Assembly (NCBI GenBank): GCA_965369865.1 | Contig: CBDURU010000068.1 | Coordinates: forward strand, 1-18,981 | Direction: 5' to 3' | Origin: an uncultured bacterium | GTDB lineage: Bacteria > JAJVIF01 > JAPKYR01 | Length of the DNA: 18,981 bases | In this document: one piece after another, positions 8,313 through 15,557 of the stretch | Layout of the letters: each line of letters opens with the position of its first letter | Position numbering within the stretch: the first letter of the stretch is position 1 | The notes under the pieces: model-generated | Database searches by the model: none | What the model was told of the DNA's origin: nothing | What the model saw: only the letters and a program-made list of their open reading frames with translations | Program-made: the position numbers and the translations under genes

Positions 8313-8669
8313 TTAATCAGTAAAGAGTCCCGATGGGCAATTATGGCAACTTAAAGAGGCGGAAACACCGGAATTGAGATAAATGCAGTGTGAGTATAGA
8401 AATGAAGAAGGCCCCTGGGTTAGGGACCTTTTTCAAGAGGAGGGTGCGAAAACATTAACAACTGACCAGCTTCATGTCAAGCATCTGGATTTGGATATTG
8501 AAAACAAGGTCGTTATACTGATCGGGAATCCGGATAATTTTATATCGTCTATGAACATATATTACTATTATTTTAAATCACTTAAGCTGAAGGTCCCTGG
8601 TCATGGTGGGTCAATTGACCGGGATAGTATAATGGAATCCGGTCATTTAAACTCGCCTGGAGATTCCCT

Positions 8670-9653
8670 GTGAATTTTTTACGTTCGATAACCTTAATCG
8701 ACATCCTGGATATTCTGGTCCTGGCAACCGTTTTCTACCAGGTCATTCTGATTTTCCAGCGCACCAGGGCAACGCAGCTTCTCCTCGGGATTTTTTATTT
8801 CGCGGTTCTTTTCTTCATTGCATTTTTTCTTCGGATGACAGCTACCATCTGGGTTTTCGAAAGATTGATCGGTCTGTTGGCAATCGCGCTCTTGATTATT
8901 TTCCAGCCGGAATTGAGAAACATCTTTGAACGCGCCGGACGACGCGGGTTCCTTCTGGCAATTCACTCAAGGGGTTTGCCGGAACGCGAAGAGGTTGAAC
9001 GGCTTCTCGATACGATCGTCCAGGCTCTTGAGGAGATGAGCGAGGACCATACCGGGGCGTTGATAGTTCTTGAAAGGGAGATCAGCCTGACTGAATATGT
9101 GAATACCGGTGAGAGGATAAACGCGGAGATTTCAAAGGACCTGATAAAGGGAATTTTTTACAAGGGTAATCCTCTCCATGATGGCGCGGTAATTATAAGA
9201 GAAGGACGCATTGCGGCCGCACGCGCTTTTCTGCCGCTAACCGATTCAAAGGACCTGCCGTCCCACCTTGGAACGCGTCACAGGGCGGCAATGGGCATTA
9301 CGGAAATTTCGGACTCAATCAGCCTCGTTGCGAGCGAGGAAACCGGGCACCTGTCGCTTTTCCATTCAGGGAAACCCGCGTTCAGGCTTACCCCGAATAC
9401 CATGCGGCTTATGGCCAGGGGGATCATCCTTCCGGATTATGAAAGTGAGACCCGGTACGATCAGCTCAGACAGGGATTCCATCGCTACTTCAGGATCGGT
9501 GTAAAGCAGCCTGGAAGCACTCGTACTTCACGCAAACAAAGGGACAGTACAACAAGCGGGAAAGTTAAAATTCCCGCAACTGAAGACGGCAGTGTGTCCT
9601 CAAACGCGGATAAGACAGGAACATCTCATGCGGACGGGAGTGAACAAGGTTGA
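8670..9653 (+). CDS. cdaA: Diadenylate cyclase CdaA (DacA), membrane-bound
   Basis: Three N-terminal TM helices, FQPELR, GALIVLER, and catalytic motifs LHDGAVII and GTRHRAA; lies upstream of cdaR-glmM. Confidence 0.96.
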   Translation: MNFLRSITLIDILDILVLATVFYQVILIFQRTRATQLLLGIFYFAVLFFIAFFLRMTATIWVFERLIGLLAIALLIIFQPELRNIFERAGRRGFLLAIHSRGLPEREEVERLLDTIVQALEEMSEDHTGALIVLEREISLTEYVNTGERINAEISKDLIKGIFYKGNPLHDGAVIIREGRIAAARAFLPLTDSKDLPSHLGTRHRAAMGITEISDSISLVASEETGHLSLFHSGKPAFRLTPNTMRLMARGIILPDYESETRYDQLRQGFHRYFRIGVKQPGSTRTSRKQRDSTTSGKVKIPATEDGSVSSNADKTGTSHADGSEQG

Positions 9654-10939
9654 CGAAACTCGTCCAGCATAATCTCGGCATAAAATTACTCGCCATAATT
9701 CTCGCGATTGCCGCGTGGGGTTTCACACGCGTAGCCGACCCGGTCGAGGAGTGGCAGTTGATACTGGAGCTTGATGTCCGCACGAGTGTGGGGCAATCAC
9801 TGGTATCCAGAGATCCAGGGGACCTGTCGATCACAGCGTACGTGACCGGGCAGATATCCCGTCTCGAACGGCTCATTACTATCCACCCTAAGGTTGTACT
9901 GGATGGCCGTGGACTTCAGCCTGGTGTACGAGAGATGGTGGAACTCAGGGTCGATCGAAGGTTTCCGGGAGTGTCCATCGAACTCGAACCACCAGGGATA
10001 GAACTGACAATAGATGAAACAATTCGAAAGAATTTTGTGCCCGGGGAGATAACCGAAGGACATCTTCCCACCGGATATTACATTGATTCAAGGAGCGGGC
10101 TTCCCGAGAGTATTGCCGTTCTGGGTGCGAAATCACTTGTTGAGCTTGTCGACAGGGTCGTTTATTACCTGAACCTCTCAGCGCTTACAGGATCGACCGA
10201 GCTTCCATTTGAATTCAAGCCGATCGATGAAAGCGGAGTCGAGATCCAGAATCTCTCCCTCACGCCTGCCATAGCGGACATAGGGATCGGGCTTCAACCC
10301 AGCCAGGCATTAAAAGCTGTTCCGATAGTTGTTGATTACCAGGGAAATCCTGCGGTGAATTACGCGTTGACTTCGCTCTCTTCGGATCCGTTCCTGGTCG
10401 AAGTGGCCGGGCCCGCGGAAGCCTTGTCAGACGTTCTCAGCGTTCGTACAGCACCATTGAATTTAACCGGGAAAACCTCTTCATTCCAGCAATCGGTGGC
10501 ATTAATCTCTCCAAGTGAAAATGTATCCCTTTCAGTAACCCAGGCGAATGTCAGTGTTGAAATCGAACAGATCGAGTCACGGTATACATTCAACGATGTC
10601 CTGATCGAGTTAAGGGGCACCAGCCCCGATTTCTCCTACATATTAAATCCTGAACGGGTGAACGTAACAATTCGCGGGGGGTTAGGCGGGATTTCAGGAG
10701 CAAGCACGGATGAAATCCGTCCAAGGGTCGATCTCGACAGGCTTGGCACAGGCACTCACAACATAAGGGTGACCGTCGCTCTGCCATCCGGTGTCAGGCT
10801 CGATAGCGTAGAACCATCCCTGATCGAGATTACGGTCACACAGCAGACCCCGGAAACCACTGAACCACCGCCTGAGGACGAACCGGCCGATAGTACCGAA
10901 CCATCCGGGCAGCCGGATGAAACCACCGGGTCTGAATGA
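9650..10939 (+). CDS. cdaR: CdaA regulator CdaR (YbbR-domain protein)
   Basis: NLGIKLLAIILAIAAW anchor; repeated YbbR-like beta segments (P..VEVAGP, PERVNVTIRG, VEPSLIEITV); TTGA overlap with the cdaA stop; conserved gene order. Confidence 0.9.
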   Translation: MTKLVQHNLGIKLLAIILAIAAWGFTRVADPVEEWQLILELDVRTSVGQSLVSRDPGDLSITAYVTGQISRLERLITIHPKVVLDGRGLQPGVREMVELRVDRRFPGVSIELEPPGIELTIDETIRKNFVPGEITEGHLPTGYYIDSRSGLPESIAVLGAKSLVELVDRVVYYLNLSALTGSTELPFEFKPIDESGVEIQNLSLTPAIADIGIGLQPSQALKAVPIVVDYQGNPAVNYALTSLSSDPFLVEVAGPAEALSDVLSVRTAPLNLTGKTSSFQQSVALISPSENVSLSVTQANVSVEIEQIESRYTFNDVLIELRGTSPDFSYILNPERVNVTIRGGLGGISGASTDEIRPRVDLDRLGTGTHNIRVTVALPSGVRLDSVEPSLIEITVTQQTPETTEPPPEDEPADSTEPSGQPDETTGSE

Positions 10940-10969
10940 ATTTACCAATTCATACTTCCACGCACATCT

Positions 10970-10999
10970 TTCACAAACCCCCGACATAACTGCTATAAT
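10970..10999 (+). promoter_or_regulatory. Internal extended -10 promoter for glmM-nnr-alr
   Basis: TG-C-TATAAT at 10991-10999; TTCACA at 10970-10975 (18-nt spacer); SD GAGGAG at 11029-11034. Confidence 0.65.
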
Positions 11000-11041
11000 G
11001 AGCTGCCGGCGATGCCAGTTGGTATCGCGAGGAGAATTTTA

Positions 11042-12406
11042 ATGGCTCGTTATTTTGGCACGGATGGGATCAGGGGCGTAGCCGGAATCGATCTCACAGC
11101 GCAATTTACTTTTCAGCTCGGTGAAGCGGTGGGGCAGCTTGTGCATGAGAAGGGATGGGACAAACGTATCATTATCGGACGTGACAGCCGTATTTCAGGT
11201 CCCATGCTGGAATCCGCCCTGAATGCCGGACTCATGGCGTCCGGATGCGATGTCCACACAATCGGCATTGCCCCGACACCTGTTATAGCTTTCCTGACCA
11301 CCAACCTTGGCTTTGCCATGGGATGCGTGATATCTGCAAGCCACAACCCGATCCAGGATAATGGAATTAAATTTTTCGACCATCGCGGCATGAAAATCGA
11401 TGATAGTATCCAGGATCGTATAGAAAAACTCCTGAAACCGAAAACATTCGAAAGGCCGGAGCTTTCGGGTGAAAATATCGGGACACACCATGACTGGGCT
11501 TCGAGGGTTGATGAATACGTTAAACATATCAGTGGGATAGGGCAGGATCACCTTAGTGGAAGGAAGATTGTTATAGATGCCGCGTACGGTGCGGCGAGCG
11601 CTGTTGCACCGTCCATATTCACACTTCTCGGTGCTGAAATAATACCTCTTAATTGTGTTCCCGACGGATCGCGTATAAATGTAAACTGCGGCACTTCAGA
11701 TACAACAGTCCTTCGCGGAATCGTTCTCAAAACCGGGGCGGATATGGGTATCGCGCTCGATGGTGACGCGGATCGGGCGATACTGGTTGATGAACTTGGA
11801 AAGATTGTCGATGGCGATCAGATCCTGGCCATGTGGGGTCTGCACCTCTTAAAAAAAGACTCACTTCCCAATAAATCAATTGTCGGGACCGTCCTCAGCA
11901 ACAAGGGGCTTGAAGTGGCAATGGAGGAAGCCGGCGGGAAACTTCTGCGGGCGGCGGTCGGCGATAAATACGTTCTGCAGGAAATGATAAATAACGGGTC
12001 GAAAATCGGCGGTGAGCAGTCGGGACATCTGATTTTCCTGGACTACCAGACAACAGGCGATGGCGTTCTGACCGCATTAATGGTTGGGATCCTCATGAAC
12101 GAGACCGGCCTGAAATTGTCGGAACTCGGCGCGATGATGACCCGTTATCCACAGGTACAATTGAATATCACGGTTAAAAATAAAAAAGCCGCCCTTGATG
12201 ACAAGTCGATAAATTCTGAAATTGCCAACCTTACATTTGAGATGGATAAAATTAAGGGAAGGCTCCTGGTGAGACCGTCGGGGACAGAATCGATAATCCG
12301 GGTCATGACTGAAGCGCCGGAGGAAAATGAAGCCCGTCGCATGGCGGAACTTGCAATAGATTTGTTCAAAGGCTACAGCGAGAACGGAATTGTTACGGAG
12401 CTATGA
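11042..12406 (+). CDS. glmM: Phosphoglucosamine mutase
   Basis: YFGTDGIRG, phosphoserine loop ISASHNP, metal loop DGDADR, GGEQSGH, RPSGTE; start moved to ATG 11042 because of the SD. Confidence 0.97.
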   Translation: MARYFGTDGIRGVAGIDLTAQFTFQLGEAVGQLVHEKGWDKRIIIGRDSRISGPMLESALNAGLMASGCDVHTIGIAPTPVIAFLTTNLGFAMGCVISASHNPIQDNGIKFFDHRGMKIDDSIQDRIEKLLKPKTFERPELSGENIGTHHDWASRVDEYVKHISGIGQDHLSGRKIVIDAAYGAASAVAPSIFTLLGAEIIPLNCVPDGSRINVNCGTSDTTVLRGIVLKTGADMGIALDGDADRAILVDELGKIVDGDQILAMWGLHLLKKDSLPNKSIVGTVLSNKGLEVAMEEAGGKLLRAAVGDKYVLQEMINNGSKIGGEQSGHLIFLDYQTTGDGVLTALMVGILMNETGLKLSELGAMMTRYPQVQLNITVKNKKAALDDKSINSEIANLTFEMDKIKGRLLVRPSGTESIIRVMTEAPEENEARRMAELAIDLFKGYSENGIVTEL

Positions 12407-12410
12407 GGGG

Positions 12411-14078
12411 ATGAAAGTTCTCACTCCAACAGAGATGCGCGCAGTCGATGATCGCGCGATCAACGAGATGGGGATTCCCGGTCTTCAGCTTATGGAGAAC
12501 GCCGGTCGATCGGTGGCGGAATGGATTATCGATAACCGCCCTGAAACCGATCTTGCGATTGTGCTAGCCGGAAGGGGGAATAACGGCGGGGATGGGCTTG
12601 TCGCGGCGCGATACCTTGCTGAGGACGGCAGGGATGTAAAAGTAATTCTTCTGAGAGACGGAAAGAAGCTCACCCCCGATTGCAGCGCGAATCTCGAACT
12701 ACTCCCGAGCATTGTCGAAACAATCACGGTCGACAATGAAAATGAACTCAAAAACGCCGTTAGTAAACTCGATGAAATCATGACGCATAAAACGCCGGTG
12801 ATTTCGGAGGTTGTATTTATCGACGCGCTCCTGGGCACCGGGGTTGGGGGAGATATACATGGCCTGACTGCCGATCTCCTTCGGGCCGTGCGCGCAATGA
12901 ACCCGATTGTTGTCGCGTGTGATATACCGTCGGGGATCGACGGCCATGACGGGAGTTATCTTGGGGCAGGTTTGCCCGCGGTCGCGACAATTACGATGGG
13001 CCTTCCAAAAACCGGCCTGTATATCGGCGCGGGTGTCGAATACTGCGGCGAAGTGGTAGTCGCTGATATCGGTTTTCCGGACGAAGCCGTCGAACCGGCA
13101 ATTCCGACCATGGAGACAATCGAGGGCGCCAAAGTTGGCAAAGTTTTCGCGGATGATCGCGGACGTCCCGATGAGGTCGCGCTTCACAAGGGTGATTTCG
13201 GTCGTGTACTCGTGGTCGCCGGAAGCAGGGGAATGATCGGCGCGAACGAACTAACCAGCCGGGCGGCATTGAGGGCGGGATGCGGGCTTGTTGTGGCGGC
13301 AGTCCCTGAAACCGAATACCCCATTCTTGCGGCGAGGACAGGTTCCGAAGTCATGACCGCGCCTGTCGCGGCGAATCCCGACCTAGGATGTTTCACGCCT
13401 GATGGAATTAATGACCTTGAAAAATATATGGAATGGGCTGATGTACTGGCGCTCGGTCCGGGTTTCAGTATTAATAAAGATGCTATCGATTTCGCGCGTG
13501 AAATTGTGGGAAGATTCCCGGATACGCCGGATCACCAGGTAATTATCGATGCCGACGCACTTCGCGCGTTTGTCGATGATCCCTCACCGCTTAAGGGACG
13601 TCACCGCACACCAATATTGACGCCGCATCCGGGCGAATTCGCAAGGCTTACCGAACCGCACAACCTGCCCGAAGGCTTTCTGGAAAGATTACGCGCGTAC
13701 GCTGAATTTTCGGATTCCGTAATAGTATTGAAAGGTGCGAGAACGCTTGTTGTTACTCCGAGGCAAACTTCGGGATGCCAGGTCGCGGTGAATGTTGAGA
13801 CCGGAAGCCCGGGTATGGCGACCGCTGGATCGGGCGATGTACTGACCGGAATCCTCGCCGGACTCGCGGGACAACCGACAATAGCGTGGGACCCGTTCCA
13901 GATAGCGTGTGAAGGGGTCTACCTGCACGCGTACGCGGGGGATCTCGCGGCGCGAAGGATGTCGCGACAGGGGATGATCGCGGGGGATATTATCGACAAT
14001 CTTCCAAGGGCATTCAAGCAATTCAGTAAACGGTTCGGCAGGGTAACGAAAGTCAGACGAAACCGGAGGCGCAAATAG
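12411..14078 (+). CDS. nnr: Bifunctional NAD(P)H-hydrate epimerase/dehydratase (YjeF family)
   Basis: LMENAG, GRGNNGGDG, DALLGTG and DIPSG (epimerase); HKGDFG, DADAL, TPHPGEF and MATAGSGDVL (dehydratase); ATG 12411 follows the glmM stop. Confidence 0.96.
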   Translation: MKVLTPTEMRAVDDRAINEMGIPGLQLMENAGRSVAEWIIDNRPETDLAIVLAGRGNNGGDGLVAARYLAEDGRDVKVILLRDGKKLTPDCSANLELLPSIVETITVDNENELKNAVSKLDEIMTHKTPVISEVVFIDALLGTGVGGDIHGLTADLLRAVRAMNPIVVACDIPSGIDGHDGSYLGAGLPAVATITMGLPKTGLYIGAGVEYCGEVVVADIGFPDEAVEPAIPTMETIEGAKVGKVFADDRGRPDEVALHKGDFGRVLVVAGSRGMIGANELTSRAALRAGCGLVVAAVPETEYPILAARTGSEVMTAPVAANPDLGCFTPDGINDLEKYMEWADVLALGPGFSINKDAIDFAREIVGRFPDTPDHQVIIDADALRAFVDDPSPLKGRHRTPILTPHPGEFARLTEPHNLPEGFLERLRAYAEFSDSVIVLKGARTLVVTPRQTSGCQVAVNVETGSPGMATAGSGDVLTGILAGLAGQPTIAWDPFQIACEGVYLHAYAGDLAARRMSRQGMIAGDIIDNLPRAFKQFSKRFGRVTKVRRNRRRK

Positions 14079-14079
14079 A

Positions 14080-15207
14080 ATGCCGTTTTCCCGTCCGATC
14101 TGGGTCGAGATCAGCAAAGGCGCTCTCGCTGGAAATGTCTCCGAAATAAAAAACCGTGCGGGAAACCAAGACATTATCGCCGTTGTAAAGGCGAACGCGT
14201 ACGGCCACGGCCTGGTTGGAACGTGCAAGGCTCTCAGGGAAATCGGTATCGGGGAATTTGGTGTCGCGAGTGTTGGGGAAGGCCTTGAACTCAGGCATGG
14301 AGGGATCGGCCAGCGCAGCTCAAAAATCCTCGTACTCGGTTACTCCCTGCCAACCCACGCGGAAGAGGTCGTTCGATCGGGTTTGTGCCAGACTGTAATT
14401 TCATCCCATGAGATCAGGGCGCTTGCGGTGGCGAGTGAGAAACTTGGAAAACCCGCGCGAATCCAGATCAAGATCGATACCGGCATGCACCGGCTCGGGG
14501 CGCCGGCAGGCGATTTCAACCGCCTGATGGACGCGCTGAAACATTATCCTACGGTCAAACTCGATGGCATCTACACACATTTTTCATCGGCGGACGAACC
14601 CGATAATCCGATTACAAAAATCCAGTTCGATACATTCAAAAAAGCGTTGAAACCATACAAACTCGGTGCGCGGGTCACGCTGCACGCATCGAATTCATCG
14701 GCGCTGATAAATTTCCCCAGGTTCAAGCTGGATAAAATCCGTCCCGGGATCGCGCTTTATGGCGAGTACGCGTCGCCGATGGTTCCAAGACGGTTATCAC
14801 TCACCCCCGCGTTGAGCTTGAAATCGCGGCTGGTTGAAGTAAAAACAATCGGAAGCGACCACGGAGCAGGTTACAACAGGCGTTTCGTCAATGAGACATC
14901 AAGCCCGTGCAGGCTGGGAATACTTCCCGTTGGATACGCCGACGGATTCATGACAAAATCGTCGGGACGGAGGGAGGTCCTTATTCGCGGTCGAAGGTGC
15001 AGGGTTGTGGGTGCGGTGAGTATGGACTTCGTGCATGTTTTACTGCCGGACGATTTATCAATCGGTGTGGGAGAACCGGTCACACTGATTGGGACTGACA
15101 ACGGCGAAACAATAACGGCAACTGAACTTGGTGAGGTCCTCGGCACTCATGCGTATGAGATTCTGTGCCTGATACCGACGAGAATCCCGAGAAAGTATGT
15201 GGATTAG
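14080..15207 (+). CDS. alr: Alanine racemase
   Basis: PLP-lysine motif AVVKANAYGHG, KIDTGMHRLG, THF, RPGIALYG, GYADG, VSMD. Confidence 0.97.
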   Translation: MPFSRPIWVEISKGALAGNVSEIKNRAGNQDIIAVVKANAYGHGLVGTCKALREIGIGEFGVASVGEGLELRHGGIGQRSSKILVLGYSLPTHAEEVVRSGLCQTVISSHEIRALAVASEKLGKPARIQIKIDTGMHRLGAPAGDFNRLMDALKHYPTVKLDGIYTHFSSADEPDNPITKIQFDTFKKALKPYKLGARVTLHASNSSALINFPRFKLDKIRPGIALYGEYASPMVPRRLSLTPALSLKSRLVEVKTIGSDHGAGYNRRFVNETSSPCRLGILPVGYADGFMTKSSGRREVLIRGRRCRVVGAVSMDFVHVLLPDDLSIGVGEPVTLIGTDNGETITATELGEVLGTHAYEILCLIPTRIPRKYVD

Positions 15208-15221
15208 GAGGAAAAAATTAG

Positions 15222-15530
15222 TTTCCCTGGCCAGCATCGGCTTCAGTCCCGACTGAAATAAGTGCTCCGCTTGAAATTGATTTTCTTGTTGATGGAGAAG
15301 TGCGTCCGGATAAGCTTTTCCCGTATGGAACCAATGTGCCTGCTGAGAGTAATTCAATGTCGGTAGATCTGACTGATTTCGCGCTGGCAGCGACAATTCC
15401 TACAGGCGAACAGGCATTTTCAGGAGCGATGTATGTATGGGGCATACAGGGATTCGTAGAGAATGTAGACCGGGCGGAGATGGACCCTGAAACGCTCGCG
15501 ATCCTGAAGTCGCTGAATTATATACATTAG
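15222..15530 (+). pseudogene. Probable 5'-truncated gene remnant ending in a sulfatase-like C-terminal tail
   Basis: The frame is open from 15222 (after TAG 15219-15221) with protein-like sequence PTEISAPLEIDFLVDGEVRPDKLF.. upstream of the first possible start (GTG 15300); it ends MDPETLAILKSLNYIH*. Confidence 0.45.
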
Positions 15531-15557
15531 GTTGAAGATCGTCAGGTTTGGGGTTAA

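Noticed and set aside
8313..8669. c-di-AMP (ydaO) riboswitch upstream of cdaA, or glmS ribozyme near glmM
   Set aside because: No consensus elements recognised by eye; the glmM-nnr gap is only 4 nt and glmS is absent.
8383..8673. 96-aa ORF upstream of cdaA
   Set aside because: No recognisable motif, no clear SD, and it spans the likely cdaA promoter. It cannot be excluded as a small gene or remnant because it overlaps the cdaA start by GTGA.
12485..14298. Several minus-strand ORFs (117-179 aa) opposite nnr and alr
   Set aside because: Shadow frames expected in GC-rich coding DNA opposite strongly supported genes.
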